This document shows positions 1 through 10,451 of a stretch of DNA of 43,601 nt, one piece after another. The notes under the pieces were generated by a model. It had not been told where the DNA came from. It worked only from the letters and a program-made list of their open reading frames with translations, and did no database searches. Numbering within the stretch: position 1 is the stretch's first letter; each line of letters begins with the position of its first letter. The DNA comes from Prorocentrum cordatum (taxonomy: Eukaryota). Location of the stretch: assembly GCA_963575745.1 (NCBI GenBank), contig CAUYUJ010000226.1, forward strand, positions 620,001-663,601. Direction: 5' to 3'. A program made the translations under genes and the position numbers.

Positions 1-31
1 TCGGCCTGTAGGGGGACACGCCCGACTTAAA

Positions 32-174
32 TCAGGAGGGAAAGAAACACACAGACACAATTAATCGTCGATTCCCGAGAAAATATGGGAAAATATGGGA
101 AGTGGGGGAAGACAAAAACTCAAAAAACATGGGAAAATATGGGGAATCATTTGTGTGTATTTATTTGTGTGTCC
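32..174. repeat. ~140 bp dispersed repeat, copy 1 (MITE-like)
   Basis: tcaggagggaaagaaacacacagacacaa...ttgtgtgtatttatttgtgtgtc recurs at 536-683 and, more diverged, at 2248-2397. ACAC-rich left end and GTGT-rich right end form loose inverted termini. Confidence 0.8.
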
Positions 175-345
175 TGGGGCCCCTTCATTAAACTTACACC
201 CTCGGAGCTCCGCGCGGCGTTCGCGGATCGGCGGTGGGCGCCCCCCCGCAGGCGGCGCCCCCGGCGCCAACACCGGCGCGCTCCGCGCGCCAGGGAGGGG
301 GGCCCCGCGCCGATCCGAGCAGCCCCCGCGCGGCTCCGCTCCGGC

Positions 346-512
346 CCTCCTCCTCATCCCTCCTCCCCCCTCCTCCATCCTCCTCCTCCTCCTCATCCTC
401 CGTCTTCTCTCTCATCATCTCTCCTCCTCCCTCCTCCTCCCACCTCCTCCCTCTTCCCTCCTCCCCCCTCCCTCCTCCTCCTTCTCCTTCCTCCCTCCTC
501 CTCCTCCTCCTC
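346..512. repeat. degenerate (CCT)n microsatellite
   Basis: Direct reading; source of poly-P/S/E/G pseudo-ORFs. Confidence 0.95.
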
Positions 513-535
513 CCTCCGCCCCGCTTGCTCACCAT

Positions 536-683
536 TCAGGAGGGAAAGAAACACACAGACACAATTAATCTGCGATTCCCAGAAACTATGGGAAATTATG
601 GGAAGTGGGGGGGAAGACAAAACCCCAGAAAATATAGGAAAATATGGGGAATCTTTTTATTTGTGTGTATTTATTTGTGTGTC
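536..683. repeat. ~140 bp dispersed repeat, copy 2
   Basis: Close match to 32-174, same orientation. Confidence 0.8.
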
Positions 684-1126
684 ACAGTTATCCTTCAACC
701 ATGGCTTGTCACCGCGCGCCCAGCGGTGCAACGCCGTCGCTGCAGGCGCGCGAACAACCGCAGGAGTGGGCAGATGCATCCGCCATCTCGCGTCCGTCGC
801 GCAGCTGTGTTCGGTGCAGCCGGGGCTCCCCTGCTGCATCTCATGGAAAGAGTTAGTCTATAGCCAGGGTTGGCCGGAGGGGGTTGGCCCTGAGGGTTGG
901 CCCGATGTCTGGAGGTGTGCCAGGAAGGCTGGCCGGGTCCGTCGTCGCACGAGTTGGCACTGCGTCGCTCAGAAGGGATGGCCGGGAGTGGCCAGGGGTT
1001 TGGCGACGCCAGTTCTCAGACGACGAGTTCTTTCTATAATACATTGTAGTTTATGTGCTCCCCTTGTCCTGCCAGGAGGATGCTGTTCAAGTCCCTTGCG
1101 ATAGCGGGCGTGCCCGGGAGGGGAGG

Positions 1127-1506
1127 TTGGCGGCGAGCGAGGGGGCGAAGTGCGAAGGAGAAGGCCTGCTCAAAAGGCGGCGGGCCTTCTCAGAAGTCCT
1201 CCTGCTCTCCGAGAAGTCATTGTTGCCTTTTCGGGGGCAGGCTTAGAGAATTTTTCTCTGGAGGCCGGGGGGCTTCTGAGCCTTCTCACCGCCCACCAAA
1301 CCACCCCAACCCAACCCGAAGGCCCCGATTTGCCCTCCATTTCCAGTGTGGGGGGGGGGTCGGGGAACATCGAAAAAACACGTGTGGAATCCGTCCCCCC
1401 CCCAACCCGAAATTCGGGTCTTCGGGTTAGGTTGGGGTGGTCTGGTAGGTTGTCACCTTCTGAGAAGGCCCCTCCCTCTCGCTTCCCCGTCAGGGCTCGC
1501 CGCCAA
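1127..1506. mobile_element. nested inverted repeat, MITE/foldback-like
   Basis: Three nested complementary pairs: ttggcggcgagc 1127-1138 with 1495-1506; ggccttctcagaag 1183-1196 with 1457-1470; ~36 bp ccaaaccaccccaacccaacccgaag... 1296-1331 with 1410-1445. No TSD identified. Confidence 0.6.
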
Positions 1507-2247
1507 GGGGGGCGAGGGGGCCGGCGACCCCAGATCCGCGCTGGCGCCCCCCTGGGAGCGCTCAGAGAGTGCCGGGGGGCACGCGTGGCGTGAGCCCAAG
1601 CAGTGGCGAAGCTCGGTATCGGTTCACCGATCCCATCCCCATCTCCATCCCCCTCGAGGCCCCCGCCAAATTAGTACCCCAGTTTGGGATGCACTCCTCG
1701 AAACCCGGAGAGAACGACCCATATCCCCATCTAGGGTGCTAAATCTGCCAGGGGGGCCCAGGCCACGCCGCTGGGGATGGAGATCGGTTAAACGATACTC
1801 AGAAGTGGTCTGCGCGGAGTGCGCCAAGAACATGTCTGGCTGAGACTGTCTTGTTTTGGTGCATCGGGTTTATGCTCTAAGAGTATTTCTTTTGCTCTTG
1901 GAACATCTGTTGGTTCTACGAACAAATCGTGGTTGACCTATAGGAATGCCGGGACGGTCGGCCCTTGTTCAGACCAGGTTTTGAGGGGGGGTCCAGGACC
2001 GCTCACGGGCGATATCGCGAGTAGTAGACAACGGGATGATGCCGCGAGCAGAAGCCCTCCACATGTTGCTCGTGGAGGTCGCGAGGACGTCTTCTCAGAA
2101 ACGTGTCAGCACACAGAGTGTAGTAGGTTTGGGCCAGATGCACGGTGTCGAATTTGTTGAAGCACGGGCCTCCATGAGTTCCACTGCAGTCCCAAACAAT
2201 TCTCCCCCTCATCCTTCACAGTCCGCAGTTGATCAATATGGGTACTA

Positions 2248-2397
2248 TCAGGAGAGAGACAACAACACATACACAAACAACCGTCATTCCCCAGGAAAAT
2301 ATGGGAAGCTATGGAAAGTGGAGGGGAAGACGATAGTCCAGGAAACATTGGGAAATATTTGGGGTCCTGGGATTTGCGTATATTTGTTTGCGCGTCC
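2248..2397. repeat. ~140 bp dispersed repeat, copy 3 (diverged)
   Basis: Same layout as 32-174 with more substitutions. Confidence 0.7.
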
Positions 2398-3729
2398 CTG
2401 GGCCAAATCACGTTGCGCTCTTCTCTCTCTCTCTCTCTCTCGCTCTCCTCTCCCTCCCTCCCGAATGCGCCCCGGAGGCGTCTCGCCCTCCCCGTGTGGT
2501 GTTTTGTGGGCCGCGCGCGCTGCGACGGCAGCGGCTCGCGAGCTCGAGCTCGGCGCCGCCCCCGCCCCCCCCGCCCGACAGCCGCGCACCTGATGCCACC
2601 CATGCCCGAGGGTCACCCGTGCGCGCCGCCGACGATCGATAGTCCTCAGGATGCGTGTCTCGAATAACAAACCCTTCACCTCGACCCTCCACGCCTTCCG
2701 GCCTCCGCGGAAGGCGCGGACGGGGATGCAGCGGAACGGCTGCGAACTTGACGGGGTGCAAGAAAACGCAGCGCTGCACGAGGCGCAAGAGTGCGGAAGG
2801 CTTGGAAGAGTGAGGGCAAGGGACAGCACGCCACGAGCATGAATTGTCAGATCCGCGCTGGGTCCCCCCTCGCTGGCGTCCTCTGCCTGGGGATCTGGGC
2901 TGGGTCCCCCACCAGCGGCGCGCCTCCAGCGCCGCCCCTGGCGCGCTCCGCGCGCCAGGGGGGGGGTCCAGCGCAGATCCGAGAAATCCGCGCGGGCCTC
3001 CAAAAGTTTAGGTTTGTGCATTTTTTGGCCCCTCTGATGTCAGCCCAACGACGTGTGTTTGCCCGATCGTCCCCACCGATGGCACGCATGTGCGTCGTTC
3101 ATTCTCCGTATCGCCTGCGGGAGCCCGGGGCTCGTTTCGATTCTTCCGGGTCGATTCGGTTCGATTCTGGTTCCGATTCGACTCGGTTTCGGGCTCCGAT
3201 TTGGACTCCGATCTCTCAATGGCGGCCTACTAGCCTGCCGAACTCCCCCCACTCGATTTCTCCCGACTCTGCTGCCGATTGTGCTCAAAGCCAGCGCGTA
3301 TTGTAGTTGTTTACGTTTCGTTTTGCACAGCTATGGTTTTTTGGTATTATCTGTTATCTGATGAAGGCCGTCGACTCACCCAGTTGCATCGAGCACAAGT
3401 GCACTCGCCAGCTGACAGCATCTTCAAGGAGGAGCCCACGTTGCACTTGATGATGCATCTGCATTTCCACATCCAGATTCAGATGCAGATGATGACTAGG
3501 ATGGCGTTCGCATTTCGCCAATATCAGTTCATCAGCACAGGCCACCATGTGATACAAGCCGGTTGCTTCTTATGACCAGCACCGTCCTCTAATCTCGTCG
3601 AATGTCGGCCCAAGATTTTGGCTGCCAGCACGTCATTGTTTTTGCATATATTCGAAGCTATGGGTCTAGCTAGCCGACCTCCGCGTAGGCCAGAGATGTC
3701 GTCGTCGTAGTCTCACTGGCATTGAGTAG

Positions 3730-4000
3730 ACCTGATTTATCATATGTTCGCCAGCGTGGACCCGAAGACAGTGGGTGCTTGTACTCTGGATGGGCGTTCC
3801 TGCGTCTTGCAGCATGCAATCTACGTGTTGTAGTGAAGCTTTCCGCTAATGAGTTGTCAACCCCAGACCTCGCGCCAACATACCACCCTCCCATCCGCGT
3901 GGCGCATCATATTGGATACAAGTTACGTGGTGCAACTTATCGGGTGCAAGTTGTCGAGTACAACCTCAGCGGTGCAATGTATAGAAGATAGTCGAAGACG
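3730..4000 (+). pseudogene. possible degenerate RNase H fragment of a non-LTR retrotransposon
   Basis: SGWAF, ANELS and (after a frameshift) IILDTSYVVQLIG occur in the order and spacing of the RNase H1 motifs GWG / NxxELxA / DSxY. The first catalytic Asp is not recognisable. Confidence 0.3.
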
Positions 4001-4249
4001 CCTACGGCGAATCACCGCCGCCCCCCCGCCTTCTAGAATCGCCCATGTGGCCGAGCGTTGTGGCAAAAGCTCTGCCAAGGTATCGGGCCATGTGTTCTCC
4101 CAACCGTTGTGGAAACCCTTCGGGGAACACTTGAGGGAGGATGGCGGGGAAGATCAAGAGAAGGCGGAGGTGGAGGTGGAGGTGGAGGAAGAGGAGGAGG
4201 AGGAGTAGGAGGAGGAGGAGGAGGAGGAGAAGGAGGAGGAGGAGGGGGC

Positions 4250-5560
4250 ATCTTGGGAGCCTTTGTGGACACTCCTGGGGCCTCCTGGGAGCCTTCCTGG
4301 GAGCCTCTTGGACCTTTGGGGGCTTCTCGGGAGCCTCTTTGGCCGTCTTGGTGGGCTCTTGGCCCGTCTGACGCCGTCGGGCGCCGTCTTGGAAGCCTCT
4401 CTGGGCCGACTTGGGGCCCTCTTCGGGAACGATTTTGGCCTTCCAGCCTTCTCGGCTGTCCCACGTTCCAAGACGGCTCAATAGGCCCCCAAGAGTGCCC
4501 CAGGACGGCCCAAGAGGGCCCCAAGACGGCCCCAGAGTCGCCCAAGACAGCCCAACAGAGCCCCAAGACGGCCCCAAGATGCGCCCAAGAGGGGGACCAC
4601 GACTCCAAAATTCGACCCTCCCGCTTGAAGAGTGCCCCAGGAGGCCCCAAGGAGCCCCCAAGAGGCCTCAAGAGGCCCCAGGAGGCCCCCAAGAGGCACT
4701 TGAACTGTTCCCAAAACCTACCGAGAAGCTGCGAAACTGCCTTCACGACGTCCCCGACAGGCCAACCACGAGATCCAAACCAACACCCATGAGGCCTCTG
4801 ACCCACCACCCAGGGCACGGTGGCGGGAGCAGTGACAGCACTTGTGCACAGCATGTTCCGGCGGGAGCCTTCCGGAACACGCTGCAGGAGGAGGAGGAAG
4901 ATCAGGAGGAGAGAGAGTTGGAGTGGGAGGAGGAGGAGGGGGACGAGGAGGAGGAAGAGGCCTCCAAGACAGCTCCAAGATAGCCGAAGAGGCTTCCAAG
5001 AGGGCCCTGGGCGGCCCACGAGGGCCCCAAGGCGGTGCCTGAGGCGCCCAAGACGGCCCGAGAGGGCCCCAAGACGGCCCCAAGAGAGGCCCAAGAAGGG
5101 AAACACGAACCGAGAATCCGAGCTTTCTACCCCGAGAGGTTCTGGGGAAGTCCCAAGAGGCCTCCAATCCCCAAGAAGCTCCCAAGAGGGGCCACGAGGT
5201 TCCAAGAGATCTCCCAAGGTGGCCCGTAGAGGCGCAACTCATTGTTTTACGATTGGGCTTTGACGGGTTTTAATTTTGTTTGGCCTTTTGGCATCCCGAT
5301 GCTCCAAGACGGCCCAAGAGGCTTCCAATACCGCTCCAATATAAAGGAAGAGGCCTCCAAGAGGGCCCCAAGACGGCCCGCGAGGGCCCCAAGACGGTGC
5401 TTGAGGCGCCCAAGACGGCCCGCGAGGGCCCCAAGAGCCCCAAGAGAGGCCCAAGAAGGGGAACGCGACCCAACAGCAGAGCGTTCCCCCAAAAAGGCCC
5501 ACAGGAGGCCGCAAGAGGCTCCCAAGTGGTCCGACGAGGAAGAGGTGCCTCCAACAGCCA
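4250..5560. repeat. GC-rich CCAAGA/GGCCC repeat family (non-autonomous element-like), both orientations
   Basis: Dense ccaagacggccc/ccaagaggccc motifs; internal duplication ~4957-5105 vs ~5348-5465; same family at 13169-14640, 16440-16930, 27060-27330 and 34040-34760. Confidence 0.8.
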
Positions 5561-5663
5561 GTTGACGAAGCATGCGGAACACCCCAGAAGCTCCTCAGAT
5601 GCCGTCGCGCGCCTGTGCTTGATAGCGTTGTCCAAGATCGTCCAGTGCCTCCCCCCGCCTGGG

Positions 5664-5702
5664 CTAGAACATGAGCGCGCGCGAAGCAAGCGCGATGGTT
5701 CT
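5664..5702 (+). repeat. ~40 bp CTAG-type GC hairpin, copy 1 (Helitron 3'-end-like)
   Basis: ctagaacatgagcgcgcgcgaagcaagcgcgatggttct, followed by (CT)n/(TA)n/(TATG)n. Confidence 0.75.
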
Positions 5703-5737
5703 CTCTCTCTCTCTCTACATATATATATACACATACA

Positions 5738-5770
<33 letters not shown>

Positions 5771-5860
5771 ATATGTATGTATGTTTGTATGTATGTATGT
5801 ATGTATGTATGTATGTGTGTGTATGTATGTATGTATGTATGTATGTATGTATGTATGTGC
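5703..5860. repeat. compound (CT)n-(TA)n-(TATG)n microsatellite
   Basis: Direct reading; left flank of the DIRS-like element. Confidence 0.95.
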
Positions 5861-5872
5861 ATGCACGTGACG

Positions 5873-5994
5873 TATCCCCTTGTCGCTTCAGGAAAAGCGC
5901 TCAGAAGAACTGTTTGTGCCAGCGGTGAAGGTTGAGAGAGGCTTATCCCATTGCCACTACAGCGTTCTCTCCGTAGCCCCCTGTTTTTGTGCTC
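5873..5994 (+). repeat. terminal repeat A1
   Basis: tatccccttgtcgct...ctgtttttgtgctc matches 12784-12905 along its whole length. Confidence 0.9.
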
Positions 5995-6012
5995 AAAGGT
6001 GCCCTCCGGGGC

Positions 6013-6375
6013 ATGGGCGAGATCGTGCCTGCAGACCGGCCCGAGCGCGCCCTCTATCCCGTGTGGGTCATCCTCGCCGCCGAGGCGGGCCAGCTGGCGC
6101 GTGGGCTGCTGGCTGACCGGTGGTCACCTGAGCCCGAGGCGGCTGAGGGAGGCCACGAGCAGGAGGCGTTCGTCTGCCAAGAGGTCACGTGCGCGCCGTG
6201 CCACGTAGCCCCGCCGTGCCCAGATGTGCCCGACCCGCGGTCGTGTGTGGGGGCAGGGGCAAGCGCGGTGCTCGTCGGCCAGCTGCTCTGGTGGTCCGTG
6301 AGGGCCCTGTGCGGGCGGGGCCGCCGCAGCCATGGCACTGCTCCGGCGCGACGCGGAGGCGGCGTGGCTGCGTGA
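6013..6375 (+). CDS. small ORF0 of the retroelement (Cys/Pro-rich segment plus one hydrophobic helix)
   Basis: ATG 19 nt after repeat A1; CQEVTCAPCHVAPPCP followed by AVLVGQLLWWSV; ends RRGGGVAA and overlaps the start of the gag-like ORF. Confidence 0.5.
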   Translation: MGEIVPADRPERALYPVWVILAAEAGQLARGLLADRWSPEPEAAEGGHEQEAFVCQEVTCAPCHVAPPCPDVPDPRSCVGAGASAVLVGQLLWWSVRALCGRGRRSHGTAPARRGGGVAA

Positions 6376-7870
6376 TCTGGTGCCGGGCGGTCTCATCGTG
6401 ACGACGTTCACGGATGACGAGGTCGTCCACGAGAAGGTGCTGCTGTGGCCCGTTGACAGGAAGAAGTGGTGCATCGCGTCGCCAGGTGGAGACGTCTACA
6501 TCGAGCCTGTCTTGAAAGACGAGGACTGGGGGGTGGCAGACACCATCCCGCTCGACGACGTCGGCACAGTGCCAGCTACCTTCCCGATGAAGGTCTACCG
6601 CTTCCGCGAGTACCCGGACGCCGACGGGCTGAGTGAGCTGCTCCGGGACGGCCGAGCGGTGGTGCGCGCCGAGCTCGGGCGCGGGGCCCCCGAGGTGACG
6701 ACGGTGCTGACCCCCACGTGCGAGCGGGTGCCGCTGGAGGACTTCGCGCCAGGCCTGCTGGTAACGCGCCGGACGCCGGGGAAGGTTTCCCCCAAGGCAG
6801 CCGCTGCCGCCTCGGCGAGGCGGCCCGCCGGGCCCGCGGCCGGCCCGGCGGGGAGCGACGGCCGCCCCCCGCCGGCGGCGCCACTTGCTGCGGCGTCAGA
6901 CCAGCTGACGGCCGCGGCCGCCGCGGATGTGGACGAGGGCTACATCTGGGTGCTGGCGGAGCCCACCGGCCGACGCACGATCGGCACGGAGATCGACGGC
7001 GGCGCGAAGGTGTTGCGGACGCCCGGCGGCCTCGACGGCCTCGCGAAGCTGGACGACCGCTGGCGGCGCATCGAGGGGATGGCTCCCGAGGCGGCCCCGG
7101 GCTACACGAAGCACCGCTACGACGAGCTGAAGGACAGCCTTGGGATCGCCAGGGAGGAGCCCGGCTTTCACGAGTCCGACTTTCGCGACCGGCTGGGCAG
7201 GGCCTTGCCTGAGGCCCCGGGCGGGACTGCCACCCCCCCGCCAGCCGCCGCCGCCGAGGCGGCCGTCGAGACTGGCGATCTTCGGACCATGGTGATCGAC
7301 TTCGACGGCCAGGGCGAGCGCTACAAGTCTTGGAAGCAGGTGGTCCAGGAGAGCAGTAGCGAGACCAACGAGTCGCAGCACATGGAGGGCCCTCCGATTG
7401 CGCTCCCGATGTCCAAACGTATGCTGCAGACAGGTGGGGGCCCTCGCTTATGGCTGCGCGAGTGGATGGGATTGCCGGGGCGGACCGAGTCGCACATGAG
7501 ATGCGGACCCTCGTGGAGTCCCTCTGGCTCGCGGGGGCGGTGGACCAGGTCGACGTCGGCGGCCTGCTGTGCATCGAGGCGATATGCCGACGCATGGCTG
7601 GCATCGTGGCGGCCCATGCCAATCCAGCCAGGCCGGCCTGGGACCTGACCCGCTACTACACTGGCCAGCTGTCGGCCGAGGACGCGGTCGGCCCCGAGAC
7701 GCGCAGCTTCGCGTCGCGGCGGGCTGCGTGGATCTCCGGCCGAGTACGGCGCCGGAGGTTCAGCTGGCGGCGGGGCCGACGGCGGAGGCGAAGGCGGGGG
7801 GGGTCGCGGCGGGGGCGGGCGCGGGCGCGGCGACAAAGGCCGCGGGACTGGCGCCCCCCCCGCTGCAGTA
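6332..7870 (+). pseudogene. gag-like ORF1, frameshifted near 7470 and ~7730
   Basis: 438 aa frame with strong GC3 codon bias; protein-like sequence continues in the 7450 frame (DRVAHEMRTLVESLWLAGAVDQVDVGGLLCIEAICRR); lies upstream of RT. Confidence 0.75.
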
Positions 7871-9693
7871 TGAGCGGAGGGCTGGCCGAGGAGAGCCCCG
7901 ACTTCGGCCGAGCTCTAGGGGCCGCCCCAGGCCGCGTTGCGGCCACTCGAGGGCCACGAGATCTCTTTCCTGCGCCCCTGCTGGACGCGCCGCCACCGCT
8001 GGCGGCCGCCTCGGCGGGGGCCGCGAGGGCGAGGCGCAGAGAGCAGCTGTAGATCGGCGTTCAGTGCACTTAATTGGCAGGCAGGGCATCGAGCGGGCGA
8101 GAGGTTCCCATGGATGATGCCCAGCGGCTTCTTCGCGAGCGAGTTCGAGGATTGGCATGGGGCCGGCGCCCGGGCCCCGCTCTTTCAGCGACGGCAGCCC
8201 TCAAGCGGGTGCTGCGCGGCCACTCGCCGTATGAGGCGGGGGTGGCCACCTCTCGTGTCGCGCCCTTCAAGCTCGACCGCATCTCCATGCCAAAGTCCGT
8301 TCGGAGCTGCCCCTATGCTGATGGGGTAGCCCCGCAGGAGGTCGCTAGATACTTGTTGGATTATCAAGAGCGCATGCTGAGGCAAGGTGACATCTTGCCC
8401 AAGATCGAGCCATACTTGGACCCCAAATTAAAGTTCCACCAGAAGGAATACCAGCGTCTAGTTCAGAAGCTGTTCGGCATCGGCATGGTCGACTGGACTG
8501 TGACTCCGAAGTGTCGGATGGGGTTGTTCTGCGTTCTCAAGAGTGATGGCAAGTCGCTCCGATTGATCGTCGATGCTCGTCGTGTGAGCGAGGTCTTTGC
8601 TGACCCACCCGGGGTCGACCTGCTGACGGCCGAGGGCATCAGCCGGGGCGAGGCGGCACTGCCGGCCGTCATGGCGCCACGGAACCCGGAGGCGGTGGAG
8701 TACCTCAGCAAGCTCAGGCTCGTGGTGGGCACGTCGGACGTGGCCACTTGCTTCCACTGCCTGAAACTGAGGCCCGAGATGTCCGCGTACTTCGGGCTGC
8801 CTGCGGCCCCGGCGCACGTCTTCGGGCTCGAGGGGACTGTGACTGGAGGCCGGCGCCTGGGTAGAACTTCGCCGGTGTATCCCGCGTGGGCTGTGCTGCC
8901 GATGGGATTCACATGGAGTCTCTGATTTGCCCAGCGTATAAACGAGCTGCAGACCTTGCGAGGCGCCTCTATTCCCCTGGGCCCCCCCCTCCATGACAGA
9001 GGGCCGCCCCTGAGGGCGCTGCAACCAGAGACGGCCGCGGGTCAGGCGCAGCACCACGTGTACGTCTACAACATCGGGATCCTGCGCACCATGCGCTACG
9101 AGGTCGGGGAGGCCATCTCGGCCTTACATCACTAGCCCAAAACATGCCCGGACCCGGGGTCAGCTGTGGTGAAAAGGGCCGCCCGCTAGAGCGTTTTCGG
9201 CCTTGCCGCCGCCTCGTCTGGGTACGGGTCGGTGCCCGAAACAACCATACATACCCGGACCTAGCTGGGGCGGTGGTTGGGCCACCCCGTCTAGGTACGG
9301 GCATGTATGGTGGTTTCGGGAGCCGACCCGGACCCAGGGGGGGTGATGCCCCGAGGGCCCCTTGCCACCCCGTCTGGGTAAGGGTACGGGTATCTTTCGC
9401 GCTCGAGATTACAGCGACACTTTGCCGATTTGGGCCTGGTGCTGCACGAGTCCGCGGTGGCCGACGAGGCGTGCAAGACGCTGGGCGTCGAGCTGCTGGG
9501 CGAGGGCCTCCGATCGCGAGTGACCTCGGAGCGGTGGTGGCTGATCCGCCGCGCCGTCGAGGCTCTTCTTCGACGCCCGAAGTGCTCGGGCTGGGCGCTG
9601 GAGGCGGTGGTCGGCCACTGTGCCTTCGCCGGTCTCGCCTACCGAGGACGCCTCTCGGTGTGGCACACGGCGCACGCTTTCATGCACAGGTAG
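7870..9693 (+). pseudogene. reverse transcriptase of the DIRS-like element, disrupted
   Basis: GLFCVLKSDGKSLRLIVDARR, SDVATCFH and VLPMGFTWS; TGA at 8923-8925; YVYNIG at 9061 in the YxDD/YVDN position. The frame is restored (ALQRHFADLGLVLHE) when the MITE and one TSD copy are removed. Confidence 0.9.
9129..9408. mobile_element. 280 bp MITE inserted in RT, with 5 bp TSD TTACA
   Basis: TTACA at 9124-9128 and 9409-9413; degenerate TIRs (tcactagcccaaaacatgcccggaccc vs reverse complement tctcgagcgcgaaagatacccgtaccc, 20/27 identical); internal gggtacggg subrepeats. Confidence 0.85.
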
Positions 9694-9756
9694 CGCGACG
9701 GGGCTGGCTACCTCTGGGACGAGTGCCAGCAGGAACCCCGCGCGTTCAAAGGGCTC

Positions 9757-10415
9757 ATGCTGTTCCTGGAGAGCGACTGGACGCGGCCGTGGAACCCGAT
9801 GGTCTTCGAGACTGATAGCTCCGTCGAGGGGATGGGCGTCGCCAAGGCCACGTGGGACCCGGAGGATGTCTCCGCCGTGGGCCGGGTGCTGGAGCGCTCG
9901 CGCTGCAAGCGGTCCGGGGGCTGCGGGGCCTGCGAGTCTGCCCTGGAGGCCGCGGGCTTCTGGAGCGACACGTCGGGCAAGCGGCGAGTGTCCGACTCGG
10001 ACGCAGGCCCGAGAACCGAGGGCGCCTGGACGTAGACTCTAGTTTTGCCGAGGTGCCTGCCAGGCTCCTCTCTTCCAGTCTAAGGCGCGCTTGCTATGTG
10101 CGTAAGTGGTTGTTCGATGAAAAGAGTCTTCTGAAGGAAGCACGGGCGGTCCTCGTGGCCGTCAAGCGTCTGGCCATCTTCCAGGGAGCCCACAATCTGA
10201 GGCAATTGGTTCTAGGTGATAATATGTCAGTCGTCATTGCTGTCAGTCGTAGTAGGTGTCACGATTTTAGGCTGCTCATTATCCGACGCATCCAGGCCTA
10301 TTGCCTTTCTAGGAACATGCAACTTCTCGTCCGCTGGATCCCCTCAGAGTTCAATTTTGCGGACCTGGGTTCCAGGGTGCTCAGCGGGCCCGATTCAAGC
10401 ACTCTTTTGAGCTAG
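9757..10415 (+). pseudogene. RNase H domain of the DIRS-like element, frameshifted near 10030
   Basis: VFETDSSVEGMG...KEARAVL...VLGDNMSVV...VRWIPSEFNFADLGSR gives the D-E-D-D layout of DIRS-type RNase H. Confidence 0.9.
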
Positions 10416-10451
10416 ACGCCAGGTTTCGCCGTTTTTTTGGGGCGGAGATGA

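Noticed and set aside
1800..2240. Protein-like minus-strand remnant (also 24310-24830 and 43130-43390)
   Set aside because: Probably decayed TE coding sequence, but no motif I can name with confidence.
4002..5582. Overlapping GPSWG/PKTAQ-type ORFs (also 13147-14661 and 34034-34685)
   Set aside because: Stop-poor GC-rich repeat family; open on both strands with no domain signal.
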